This document shows positions 19,112 through 28,638 of a DNA stretch of 64,000 nt, one piece after another. The notes beneath the pieces were generated by a model. It was not told the origin of the DNA. It did not search any database and saw nothing but the letters and a program-made list of their open reading frames with translations. Location of the stretch: positions 512,001 through 576,000 of the forward strand of contig CAWHXY010000004.1 in the NCBI GenBank assembly GCA_963833575.1, written 5' to 3'. Every line of letters begins with the position of its first letter. Position 1 is the first letter of the stretch. Both the position numbers and the translations under genes were made by a program. Origin of the DNA: Candidatus Bathyarchaeota archaeon (lineage in GTDB: Archaea > Thermoproteota > Bathyarchaeia > Bathyarchaeales > Bathycorpusculaceae).

Positions 19112-19616
19112 CGAGCTCTTTCCTCAGCGTATCGACTTTCTCAGATAGTTTATCTACCATTTTTTCGTTTGCAAAATGCTCAAGAGGTTTGCTACAGTTG
19201 GAACAGTGGAAAACTAGTTCAACAGCCTCTTCAAACGGAACCCGTTTGCATTCTGGACTACCGCAATAATAGAAGTCATGGTTCTTTTCATATTCCAAAC
19301 GGACATTAAGCTTCTCTAAAACGCGGCGTTTTTGACTTAAAATAAATCCTTCCAGCTGATCCGGCTGAAGCTTCCAATGAAAAATAAACCATCCAGTTTT
19401 TGGATCACGCGTCCTTCTAAGACTTACAAGGGAATGATCATAAAGTTTGTAGAGAATTTTACGGACGGTATTGAGTCGAATGCCTGTTTTATTGGCAATC
19501 TCGTCATCAGTTATTTCATCTACACCTTTGAGGTGCTCGATGAGAATTACGGCTTCTTGGTCGCCTAGCGCCAAAGCAACTTTCAATAAGGTAGCATCAT
19601 CAATTGTTGATAACAT
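19104..19616 (-). CDS. tfe: Transcription factor E alpha subunit
   Basis: wHTH TDDEIA...VRKILYKL, GWFIFHW, Zn ribbon C..C...FHCSNC. Confidence 0.9.
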   Translation of the reverse strand: MLSTIDDATLLKVALALGDQEAVILIEHLKGVDEITDDEIANKTGIRLNTVRKILYKLYDHSLVSLRRTRDPKTGWFIFHWKLQPDQLEGFILSQKRRVLEKLNVRLEYEKNHDFYYCGSPECKRVPFEEAVELVFHCSNCSKPLEHFANEKMVDKLSEKVDTLRKELGE

Positions 19617-19685
19617 AATCCAATATTTCCTTTTAATATACCCTTATTATTGGAGCAGGGTGTAATAAAAACTCTTCTTGCAAAA

Positions 19686-20276
19686 TTACTCAAATTCCTC
19701 ATTACTTGTAATTTCCTTGCCTCTTTGTTTAGGAACAATTTTAATTTTTGCTTTCTCAAAATCTCTAGCTAACTCTTTACCCTCAAATAATCTGTCTAAA
19801 AATATTGCAAGCGCAGAACATTCTGAGTGAGGCTGGTTCCCAACAGACACGTTAAAGTCAGATACATCGCTTGAATAGAATTCGCCCGGAACCTTCTGGC
19901 TACCAACAACCACAAGAATATCTTTCTTCAAACTTTTAATTCTGCTCAAAATATCGGTTGTTTGAATGTTTTCTCCATAAGCAGTTAAATGAACAACAGC
20001 GCCACCTTCTGATTTCCAATTTCTAACAGCTTTCTTCCAAGAGGTTCCCATTTCAAACTGAAAATTTCCACCCCAACGAGCAGTGATCTTCCTTATTGTT
20101 TGTTCTATATTGGAGTCTTCCACATCTGAAAGGATAAATCCTGAAGCACAAAGTGCACGTGCAGTTAAAGCGACATGAGTAGTTAACCGAACATCCCGCT
20201 GTGGCCTATGACCCCATCTTAAGACAACAACTTTAGGTAATTCACTTGATTTTTGGGTCTGTTTCGAATTTTCCAT
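19686..20276 (-). CDS. trm56: tRNA (cytidine56-2'-O)-methyltransferase
   Basis: LRWGHRPQRD.RLTTHV, HLTAYG, VGSQKVP, NQPHSE; exact start uncertain. Confidence 0.9.
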   Translation of the reverse strand: MENSKQTQKSSELPKVVVLRWGHRPQRDVRLTTHVALTARALCASGFILSDVEDSNIEQTIRKITARWGGNFQFEMGTSWKKAVRNWKSEGGAVVHLTAYGENIQTTDILSRIKSLKKDILVVVGSQKVPGEFYSSDVSDFNVSVGNQPHSECSALAIFLDRLFEGKELARDFEKAKIKIVPKQRGKEITSNEEFE

Positions 20277-21519
20277 GTAAGTCTTCCACTTTTCGTCTCA
20301 CTTGCTCAGTTATGTCTAAAGGCGCTCCAAAAACAACATCAATGGAATCATTAGTGTAGTTTTCTTTCAGGACATCAGTTTTCCCATGAAGCCACGAGAT
20401 AAAAGGCATGCTTTTGCCAGTTAAAGGAACGGAAAGCTGCGCTTCAACATAATTCTCAAGAATTTTCAGAATTTCTTTTTTCAATAAGTCAAGATTCAGC
20501 ATGCATTTAGCTGAAATGAGAATGGGATTTTTCGTTTTTTCTCTAAGAATTTCCAATTTTTGATTTCGCTCATCTTCCGAGATCAAGTCAATCTTGTTTA
20601 GAGCAGTTATAGTTGGAATGCCTGAAGCGCCCAAACGATCTATTGTTTCTAAGCAGACATTTAATTTCTGCTCAATTTTCTCTATGGGGTCGCTTAAATC
20701 CAAAAGAAGAACAATAAGGTCTGAAAAGATTGTTTCTTCAAGAGTAGAATGAAATGCTTCAATCAAAGAGTGGGGTAAACGATCAATGAAGCCAACAGTG
20801 TCGGTTAAAAGAAACTTGCGGTTAGAAAACTCCACCATTCGCGTAGTGGTTGATAGAGTAGTAAATAATGCTTTATCAACTTCAACGCTCGCTTGTGTTA
20901 AAACGTTAAATAAAGAGCTCTTTCCGGACTTTGTATATCCAGCAAGTGAAATAGTTAGAAAGCCAAGTTCCGTTCGCCTATCACGTTGAAGAACCCGTTT
21001 TTCCCTGATTTTTCTTAGTTTTTTGAGGATTGTTTGAACTTGCCGTTTTATAGCGTCACGGTAAACATCTGCTTCGTACGCTCCAAGACCCATGAAACCC
21101 GGTTGCTCGCTGCCTTTGGCTAACTTCACTTTTTCTTTGGCATGTTTAAGTTCATTTCTAACAGTTGCCAACTGAATTTGTAGTTGAGCTTCAGTTGTGG
21201 TGGCTCTTTTTGTGAAGATTTCTAGAATAAGTTGAAAACGGTCGATTACCTCTACGTGTGTTGCTTTTGCCAGATTGTATGTTTGACGAGTTTTTAGATT
21301 ATTATCAAAAATTACTTTTCCTGCGCCTGTTTCATCAACCAGCTGGGTGAGTTCTTCTACTTTGCCTGCGCCTATTTGGTAGCGTGCGTCAGGCGGTCTT
21401 GTTTGCTCTAATGTGCCGACAACGGTGTAACCCGCAGCTTCGGCTAATCTTTTAAGTTCATCTAGACTTGATTCTTCTCGGTTTAGCCTACGTTGAACTA
21501 TGACGGCTTTCGTTTTGAC
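20242..21519 (-). CDS. hflX: Ribosome-associated GTPase HflX; the frame extends 116 codons beyond the ORF-track start
   Basis: G1 GYTKSGKS, DTVGF, NKID; upstream in-frame N-domain (ELKRLAEAAGY...IGAGKVEE...VIDRFQLILEIF) without ATG/GTG/TTG; start placed tentatively at GTC 21519. Confidence 0.85.
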   Translation of the reverse strand, partial: VKTKAVIVQRRLNREESSLDELKRLAEAAGYTVVGTLEQTRPPDARYQIGAGKVEELTQLVDETGAGKVIFDNNLKTRQTYNLAKATHVEVIDRFQLILEIFTKRATTTEAQLQIQLATVRNELKHAKEKVKLAKGSEQPGFMGLGAYEADVYRDAIKRQVQTILKKLRKIREKRVLQRDRRTELGFLTISLAGYTKSGKSSLFNVLTQASVEVDKALFTTLSTTTRMVEFSNRKFLLTDTVGFIDRLPHSLIEAFHSTLEETIFSDLIVLLLDLSDPIEKIEQKLNVCLETIDRLGASGIPTITALNKIDLISEDERNQKLEILREKTKNPILISAKCMLNLDLLKKEILKILENYVEAQLSVPLTGKSMPFISWLHGKTDVLKENYTNDSIDVVFGAPLDITEQVRRKVEDLHGKFETDPKIK

Positions 21520-22019
21520 GCCGTCTCCTCGTCTCTATCTATCTCGACGATATCACCCAAAGTTAAGTCTTGGCTGGCAGACTTTGGAATCTGATTTACC
21601 TTCTCTTGAGAAATTGGCACAAGCAACTTGATTTTTAACATATGTTCAAGTTTTGAGGCAAGCTGATTATTTGGAGCCATCTTGCCAACTTCCAGATTTC
21701 TTAAAACCGAAGCTTTCTCATTTATTTTCTTACCCAGTTCCTCATGAGTAAGCATCAACTTTTCCCGAGCGACCCTAATCTTACTTGAATAGTCTTCGGC
21801 AACTTCTTGAGTGATTTGAACTTCAGCAGTCATAGGTTTTCTTTGGACCATGGTGACCGGCGCCTGCGGTTTCTTGAGAGCTTGTCTAGGAGCAGCGGGT
21901 TCAGCATAAACTATTTTTCCATGCTTAGAACATTCAACACAAACAGTCATTCTAGCCCCTTCAATAACAGCCATAATTGGTTCATCATGAATTTTGTGTC
22001 CGCAGACTTCACATCTCAA
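21498..22019 (-). CDS. mbf1: Archaeal multiprotein bridging factor aMBF1
   Basis: CEVCG...IEGA...VCVEC Zn ribbon, HTH (IRVAREK...LE.G), TLGD; TTG start. Confidence 0.9.
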   Translation of the reverse strand: MRCEVCGHKIHDEPIMAVIEGARMTVCVECSKHGKIVYAEPAAPRQALKKPQAPVTMVQRKPMTAEVQITQEVAEDYSSKIRVAREKLMLTHEELGKKINEKASVLRNLEVGKMAPNNQLASKLEHMLKIKLLVPISQEKVNQIPKSASQDLTLGDIVEIDRDEETASKRKPS

Positions 22020-22104
22020 TGTTAACTTTCACCCTTTAACTGTCTTTATTATATTGTTATGTTTATACTTGTCGAAACAACAAAAATGTATCGATGGTGA
22101 AAAT

Positions 22105-22572
22105 GTGGAGAACCCGCTTGGCAAAGTGAGGGCTGTCGCCGATTACCAGTTTGGAAAAGGGGTTGGCGAAAAGCTGTTTCCAGAAAACATACAAATAGAA
22201 TATTCACCGAGGACAGGTAGAATACGTTTCATTAGTCTAGACGGAAAAAGACTTGCAACTCTGCGCCCAACTGACGGGTTACTTTCTTTAAGTATTAAGG
22301 CAGCCAAGTTCATGGCAGAAAATACACCCTTCGCACAATGTTTCGTTACGGCAAAAAATGACGTTTCCAAATTTATCGCTAAAGGCGGAGACGTTTTTGC
22401 CGTCCACGTAGTCAAAGTTGACAGCGAGATTTGCGCAAAAGATGAAGTCATCTTAAAAGATGAATCGGGAAATGTTTTAGCTGTTGGAAGAGCATTGCTT
22501 TCAAGTGCAGAGATAACCGTTTTTAAAACTGGACCAGCAATTAAGGTAAGACATGGAGTCAATGAAAGTTAA
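22105..22572 (+). CDS. PUA-domain protein (archaeosine TGT C-terminal-like)
   Basis: ADYQFGKG, TGRIR, ATLRPTDG, GDVFA.HV, AVG.A.LS, KVRHG; GTG at 22105 after ggtga. Confidence 0.8.
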   Translation: MENPLGKVRAVADYQFGKGVGEKLFPENIQIEYSPRTGRIRFISLDGKRLATLRPTDGLLSLSIKAAKFMAENTPFAQCFVTAKNDVSKFIAKGGDVFAVHVVKVDSEICAKDEVILKDESGNVLAVGRALLSSAEITVFKTGPAIKVRHGVNES

Positions 22573-22670
22573 TTTTCCCAATGCCTTCAACTTAATTTTA
22601 GTTTAAGTTCGTTTGGCAAGTCCTTATTCTTATTTACATACAAAGGAAATCTAGCAATACATCTCTGTCT

Positions 22671-23368
22671 TCAGGAAATCCGAACTTCTAATTTTTCATA
22701 ACACAAATCCAATCTATATTTCTCCCCCAAAACTCTTTGAATGATTTTTCTGTATTTTGGTAATATGGATCTTCCTCGCCAAGTACTCTTATCAGCAAAC
22801 TTTTTTATTTCGGTCGATGGCTCGAAATAAGGAAAAGCGTTTCTGACACTGAGAACAAAAGGAGGATACCCATAATACATATCGATTCAACTAGAGATTA
22901 TGCTACCGGTCCTTTGATTGCCTTCAATAATAATTGAGGATGCCCCAGAACAGCGACATACACCTCTGCCGCCACTTTCAAAGGATGAGGCTCTTTCTTC
23001 AAATGATTTGAGTACAAACGAGCAATTGGACCAATGTTTTTGTGATATTTTTCTGAATTAGCATCAATTGCTTTTGCATACTCTTTTCTTAATCGAAAAT
23101 CTAAGCCATAATGAACCAAATTATTTAACTTGCACATTTCTTCAAAACTTTCCTCGAAAATGGTTCAATGCCCTCCGTAAATAAAATATCTAAAAAACCA
23201 TAGGCACTCATCATTTTAGCTCTAATATCAGCATTAAATGGAGTGTCCTTTCTACCTATCTTTCTCAAATCTAATTCATCATCAATCTTTTTCTAATTTT
23301 CCTCTACGTGGTCAAAGATTTATCAATTTTCTCCAAATTTAATCGCAGTATTTCCTTTTTTTATTCAT
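22671..23368 (-). pseudogene. Decayed gene with a Fic/Doc-like motif
   Basis: Frames rejoin across several 1-nt indels and two Trp-to-stop changes: MNKKEILRLNLEKIDKSL/VEEN*KKIDDELD...PFS/FEEMCKLN...LGHPQL/IEGNQRTGSIISS*IDMYYGYPPFVLSV. Confidence 0.65.
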
Positions 23369-23535
23369 CTAACCTATCTGGTGTATTCTCATATCTAAAA
23401 TAGATTACCTGAATCAAACAATCTCATCACTCGAAAAAATACAAACAGCAAAAACCAAAAGAATTAATATTTTTTTAATCCGTTAACCATTATTGAAAAG
23501 CGATTGCACTCGCTACTATAGTTATTAGATTCTTT

Positions 23536-24201
23536 CTAAATCTTTTGAAATGTCAGTTCCCTTCCCTTTTTTCCAGTGATTCGAATAATGTCACTTTTTC
23601 TTAGGCAGTAGGTTATTTGCTGTGCAGTCCTTACTGGAATCTTGGTTAACTTCGCTAACTCTTTGTTAGTGAAAACTTTGTTTAGGCTATGTGGAAATAT
23701 TTTAATATAATCCGTCTTGTTTTGAAAGAGAATTCGATCGTTTACTTTCAATAGTCTTCTGTCTATGATGCTAACCCCTCTTCTTCTCCAACTTCCTTTT
23801 CCATCGTCACGTCTTATCTCTTCTTCATCGATGAATAAAACTTCTAAAGAAAAGTTCTCTTTTCCGATTATTTGCGGGATCATAATCAGTTCTTGAAATA
23901 GATCGGTTAACTTTCCTTTTCGGGGGGATATGCTTTTTTTCTCGACTACATTGTCTTTGTTAATGTAGGTTATCAATTTCTTTTCTGCTATAGGATAGAC
24001 TAGCCTTACTTGGTGTTTTTCTGTAAGTGTTTGGAGTTTTTCCTTGAGGAGTGAAAAATTCTTGGTCTGAACTTCTATGATTAAATTTCCCCTTAAGATA
24101 TCGACAATGTACTTCCCTAATTTGACCTCAAATTGGTCTCCAGGAAGTGAATATACTTTCTTGATTTTTGAATGAAGGGAGCACTCGTTCATTATCCTCA
24201 A
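23536..24201 (-). CDS. Putative PD-(D/E)xK nuclease-fold protein with C-terminal wHTH
   Basis: E.SLH, EV...YIVDI...IIEVQT core; FTNKELAK...AQQITYCLRK HTH. Confidence 0.55.
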   Translation of the reverse strand: MRIMNECSLHSKIKKVYSLPGDQFEVKLGKYIVDILRGNLIIEVQTKNFSLLKEKLQTLTEKHQVRLVYPIAEKKLITYINKDNVVEKKSISPRKGKLTDLFQELIMIPQIIGKENFSLEVLFIDEEEIRRDDGKGSWRRRGVSIIDRRLLKVNDRILFQNKTDYIKIFPHSLNKVFTNKELAKLTKIPVRTAQQITYCLRKSDIIRITGKKGRELTFQKI

Positions 24202-24319
24202 ATGATTATCTGTAACTAATAAGCCTGATTTTCATATTGCATGCGTGAACAAGAAGGCTCACATTTACTATTCGAAAAGATCTGGAAATTAATTAATTGT
24301 TCCTTTCTTTTGTTTTGGC

Positions 24320-24808
24320 TTATACTTTCAGTTTTGAAGCGAACTCTTCCGCATGTTTAAGGTCTTCAGCGTTAGGTCTACCTTTGTTGATTCCACCGAA
24401 CCATTTGAGGAATTTGTTAGTATTAAAACCAGCACAACCAAACTCATCAACAATCAAGCAGCCTTTAGATTGAAGTTTTTCTTTAAGTGTTAAGTGACAT
24501 TTTCGAGTGTACTCTTCTAATCGTTGTTGTCCAGAAATTCCCACGGGCATTCCACTAGTTGAGAAGAGAAAGGCTTTCATATCGGTCATTTGCGGGAGTT
24601 TATCTGCAAGTTCAAGCAGACTTTCGTGGTGTTTGCCAACATATACTCCAGAGCCAAATCCTACAAGGTCATATTGGGTAAACTCTTCGGGGTTAACTTG
24701 TTGCGGTGATTTTATTTGTGCGTCAAGCATTTTTGCCATGACTTCCGCTATTTTTTGGGTGTTGTTGTGATGATAAGAAACTAAAACAATCAAAGACTTG
24801 ATGGACAA
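24320..24808 (-). CDS. Flavodoxin family protein
   Basis: SYHHNNT.KIA, DLVGFGSGVY, FSTSG, NKGRPN. Confidence 0.8.
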   Translation of the reverse strand: MSIKSLIVLVSYHHNNTQKIAEVMAKMLDAQIKSPQQVNPEEFTQYDLVGFGSGVYVGKHHESLLELADKLPQMTDMKAFLFSTSGMPVGISGQQRLEEYTRKCHLTLKEKLQSKGCLIVDEFGCAGFNTNKFLKWFGGINKGRPNAEDLKHAEEFASKLKV

Positions 24809-25051
24809 CTCGACCTTTCCAATTTCAATTTTTATTTCTTAATTACTCCAGATAAAGCGATAGAACCTTTTAAAAGTCGCTATTGGCACTTTTTCGAGAG
24901 AGATTGACAAGAAATCGTTAACCTTCTTCGACAATAGAAAGCTTTGTAAAATTTTTGCTAATCTATTTATAATTAAAATCAAAAAAAGCTCCCTTGGAAA
25001 AGTTAAGTATATCAAGTTCTTCTGTAGAATAATTGGTATAAGTGAAAATCT

Positions 25052-25417
25052 ATGCATAAACGCATGAATCCTCGAGAGCAAAAACGTATGATGCAGCGTA
25101 TGGGCATGAACATGGACACAGTTGCTGACGTCCAACAAGTAATAATTAGAACAGCTAGCAAAGACATCGTAATTGATGAGCCAGAAGTTGCAATTTTACA
25201 AGTGCAGGGACAAAAAATGTACCAGGTTATCGGGGGACAAGTTTCAGAGCAATCGCCATCACAGCTCCAAACAGCACAAGTTGCTCAACCTACATTTTCG
25301 GAAGAAGACGTTAGGTTAGTGGCGGATCAAACTGGGAAAAGCTTGGAAAAAGCAAAAGATGCTCTTGAGGAATGCCAGGGAGATTTGGCTAAAGCAATCT
25401 TGCTTCTTCAATCTTAA
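25052..25417 (+). CDS. nac: Nascent polypeptide-associated complex protein
   Basis: MNPR...MMQRMGM, NAC domain, C-terminal UBA (EDV.LVA.QTG...GDLAKAI). Confidence 0.9.
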   Translation: MHKRMNPREQKRMMQRMGMNMDTVADVQQVIIRTASKDIVIDEPEVAILQVQGQKMYQVIGGQVSEQSPSQLQTAQVAQPTFSEEDVRLVADQTGKSLEKAKDALEECQGDLAKAILLLQS

Positions 25418-25469
25418 TTTTAAGGTTATATCTAAGATGCCTTATTTATCTTCATGAAGGGCTTGGGCA

Positions 25470-26393
25470 GTGCTTCAGAACGTAGACATAGCGGTAATTG
25501 GACATCTCTCAATCGATACAATTTTATTACCCACAAGAAAGCTCCCGTTTGTAGTACTAGGCGGAGCTGCAACCTACACTTCGTTTGCTGCTAAACGTTT
25601 GGACGCGACAGCTTCCGTTATCTCTAGAGTTGGGGGAAATTTTCCAGAAGCTTATTTGTGGTGGCTGAGGCAAGAAGGCATTGATCTTTCAGGCGTAACC
25701 AAAAAAGCTGATGAACCGTCCACATGTTTTGAACTCAAATATAATGATGACTTGTCTGAGAGAGTTCTGAAATTGAAAAGCAAAGGCGCACCAATAAGCT
25801 TGGATGATGTTCCAACAGATTTGCAGGCCAAAGCCATTCATATTGCGCCAATAGCCAACGAAGTGTCGCTTGAAGTAGTTGAGCATATAAAACAATGTGC
25901 AGATATTCTCTCAATTGACCCTCAAGGTTTACTTCGAAGCTTCGACGAAGCAGGAAACGTCACCGAAAACGCTTCAGTTGATACTACAATATTTAGTTTA
26001 ATCAACATTTACAAGTCATCACAGAACGAAATTTATAAACTGACTGGCGAGTCAGACCTAAAGCAAGCAATAAAAGCGATTCATGACGTTGGAGTTGAAA
26101 CCGTAATCGTGACCATGGGAGCTAAAGGGTCAGTTCTCTCAGTTGAAGGAGCACAATACAATATTGCTGCTTGCCCTTCACAGGTGCTAGTTGATCCAAC
26201 AGGTGCAGGAGACGTTTTCATAGGCGGCTTCTTAACAGAGTACCTGCGACAAAAAGATTCAACATGGTGTGCCTGTGTCGGTTCGGCTGCAGCTTCTGTA
26301 GTTGTTGAAGGTTTAGGTCCAACTTATTTTGGCAAGAAAGAAGAAATCTATCGGAGAGCCAAAACGTTGTATGAAAAGGAACTTAAGCAATAG
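25470..26393 (+). CDS. PfkB family carbohydrate kinase
   Basis: LGGAATY, IDPQG, VTMGAKGS, DPTGAGD. Confidence 0.85.
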   Translation: MLQNVDIAVIGHLSIDTILLPTRKLPFVVLGGAATYTSFAAKRLDATASVISRVGGNFPEAYLWWLRQEGIDLSGVTKKADEPSTCFELKYNDDLSERVLKLKSKGAPISLDDVPTDLQAKAIHIAPIANEVSLEVVEHIKQCADILSIDPQGLLRSFDEAGNVTENASVDTTIFSLINIYKSSQNEIYKLTGESDLKQAIKAIHDVGVETVIVTMGAKGSVLSVEGAQYNIAACPSQVLVDPTGAGDVFIGGFLTEYLRQKDSTWCACVGSAAASVVVEGLGPTYFGKKEEIYRRAKTLYEKELKQ

Positions 26394-26434
26394 CAGTATA
26401 ATTACGTATTAAACTAATTACCGAGGCTTCAATT

Positions 26435-26644
26435 GTGGGTCGTATAGAAAAAGGGCAAAAATGCAATGTGTCAGGTTGCAGCCAAGAAGCTGCCCGTTCA
26501 ATTTCAGCTGACAAAGTTAAGGCTGCTGGCTTAAATGTTAGCAGCAAAGAAAGCCGAGCTTACATTTGCAAAGAACATTATAAAGAATTTAAGAAAAAGA
26601 CTAAAAAAGATAAAACGATTGATAAGTGGCGTTACGGCCGCTAG
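26435..26644 (+). CDS. Small Zn-binding conserved archaeal protein upstream of thrS
   Basis: C..SGC...YICKEH, basic C-terminus; GTG start. Confidence 0.7.
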   Translation: MGRIEKGQKCNVSGCSQEAARSISADKVKAAGLNVSSKESRAYICKEHYKEFKKKTKKDKTIDKWRYGR

Positions 26645-26659
26645 AAAGGGTGAAGCGCT

Positions 26660-28558
26660 ATGCGAATATTACAGTTACATTCTAACTTTATAGTTTTTAA
26701 GCCTGTTCAGAAAGAAATAGCGATCGCAGAAGAAGCAGAACAGAAAGAAAACCGAGTAGAAGAAGTCGTAGTCTTATTTACTGCAATTGAAGAAGGCGAC
26801 ACCATACAAGTTGGGCAAAAAGCAATTGATGATGTTCGGGCATTTTTGGGGAAACAGAAAACCAACCGCATACTGATTTATCCTTTTGCTCATTTGAGCA
26901 GCAACCTTTCTCAGCCATCAGAAGCCCTCAGAATTATTAAAGACATGGAAACCTACGCTAAAGGGAAAGGCATAGAAACTTACCGCGCCCCGTTTGGGTG
27001 GAATAAACAATTTACTATCGCCATTAAAGGTCACCCGCTCGCTGAGCAAGCACGATCATATGCTCCTACGCCAGTTTCAACTGAAGCGCAACCTGAAGGC
27101 GTATGCAAAAAAGAAGAAGAACCGGTTTCAGCGGCTTTGAAAGCTGAAGATAAGATGCAGTCGTTCTGGCACGTTATCTTACCTGACGGATCTTTGTTGC
27201 CGATTGAAGACTTCAAATTCAAGGGACATACCAACCTACAAAAGTTTTCGCAATACGAAATTAAGAAGGCTAGAGCAGTTACTCAAATGCCACCTCATGT
27301 TACATTAATGAAGAGGTTGGAAATAGCGGATTATGAACCGGGAAGTGACCCTGGAAATATCCGTTGGTATCCTAAAGGGCGCATGATCAAGTCCCTGCTT
27401 GAGCAATATGTCAGTACTAGAGTAGCTGCTTACGGCGGCATGGAAGTAGAAACTCCTATAATGTATGACTTTAATCATCCAAGCCTCAAAAGTTACTTAA
27501 ACCGTTTCCCAGCACGCCAGTACGTGCTGAAATCGGAGGACAAAGAACTTTTCCTGCGTTTCGCCGCATGTTTTGGCCAATTCTTAATGGCCCACGACGC
27601 TCAATTCAGCTACAAACAGCTCCCAATCAAACTGTACGAACTAACCCGCTACAGTTTTAGGCGTGAAAAAAGCGGCGAAGTCGTTGGCTTAAAACGTCTT
27701 AGAGCTTTCACCATGCCTGACTGCCATGCGTTCTGTGCTGACCTTGACCAAGCTAAAAAAGAGTTCATGGTTCGCTTCAACCTCTGCATAGATGTTCTAA
27801 GCAACATAGGCTTTACAAAAGATGATTACGAAATTGCCATGCGATTCACCAAAGGCTTCTATGATGAGCATAAAGATTTCATTGCTGAATTGGCAAAGCA
27901 ATTTGGCAAACCGATGTTGGCTGAAGTTTGGAATGAACGGTTCTTCTATTTTGTGCTCAAATGGGACCTGAACTTTGTTGACAACCAAGACAAAGCGGCT
28001 GCACTTAGCACTGATCAAATTGATGTGGAAAATGCACAACGATATGAAATAACCTTTGTAGACGAGAAGGGCGAAAAACAATACCCACTAATTCTCCATT
28101 GTTCACCCAGCGGCGCAATTGAACGAGACATCTACGCTTTGCTTGAGAAGGCTTATCGTGAGCAAATGGCTGGCAAAGCACCAATGCTTCCACTTTGGCT
28201 CTCACCCACACAAGTGAGGCTGATTCCTATATCAGATAAGTTCCTTGACAAGGTAGGAGAAATCGCTAATCAAATAGGTTCACATTGCATCCGTGTAGAT
28301 ATCGACGACAGTTCATCAACGCTGCAGAAGAAAATCCGTGAAGCAGAGCAGGAATGGATACCGTACATTATTGTTGTCGGTGAAAAAGAAGTTGAATCAT
28401 GTATGCTGTCCGTTAGAGACCGCGAGCTTAAAGGTCACCAGCAAAACATGACCACAGACCAATTAATAATTAAGGTATCTGAGAAAATCGCTGGCAAACC
28501 GTTTAAACCTCTGCCGCTGCCAATGAACCTTTCTAAGAGACCACAGTTTCACGGTTGA
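26660..28558 (+). CDS. thrS: Threonine--tRNA ligase (archaeal type)
   Basis: MRILQLHS editing domain (YPFAHLS, APFGW.K), LRFAACFG, RLRAFTMPDCH, LHCSPSG. Confidence 0.95.
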   Translation: MRILQLHSNFIVFKPVQKEIAIAEEAEQKENRVEEVVVLFTAIEEGDTIQVGQKAIDDVRAFLGKQKTNRILIYPFAHLSSNLSQPSEALRIIKDMETYAKGKGIETYRAPFGWNKQFTIAIKGHPLAEQARSYAPTPVSTEAQPEGVCKKEEEPVSAALKAEDKMQSFWHVILPDGSLLPIEDFKFKGHTNLQKFSQYEIKKARAVTQMPPHVTLMKRLEIADYEPGSDPGNIRWYPKGRMIKSLLEQYVSTRVAAYGGMEVETPIMYDFNHPSLKSYLNRFPARQYVLKSEDKELFLRFAACFGQFLMAHDAQFSYKQLPIKLYELTRYSFRREKSGEVVGLKRLRAFTMPDCHAFCADLDQAKKEFMVRFNLCIDVLSNIGFTKDDYEIAMRFTKGFYDEHKDFIAELAKQFGKPMLAEVWNERFFYFVLKWDLNFVDNQDKAAALSTDQIDVENAQRYEITFVDEKGEKQYPLILHCSPSGAIERDIYALLEKAYREQMAGKAPMLPLWLSPTQVRLIPISDKFLDKVGEIANQIGSHCIRVDIDDSSSTLQKKIREAEQEWIPYIIVVGEKEVESCMLSVRDRELKGHQQNMTTDQLIIKVSEKIAGKPFKPLPLPMNLSKRPQFHG

Positions 28559-28638
28559 TAAACGAAATACATGTATCGTTGACGCAAAATATATCAAACA
28601 ATCTTGCAGTATGAATCATTGTAAGAAGTGGAAATCAA

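Noticed and set aside
22888-23296. In-frame TGA/TAG as selenocysteine or pyrrolysine recoding
   Set aside because: The stops accompany multiple frameshifts in the same gene and look like TGG transitions, so decay is the simpler explanation
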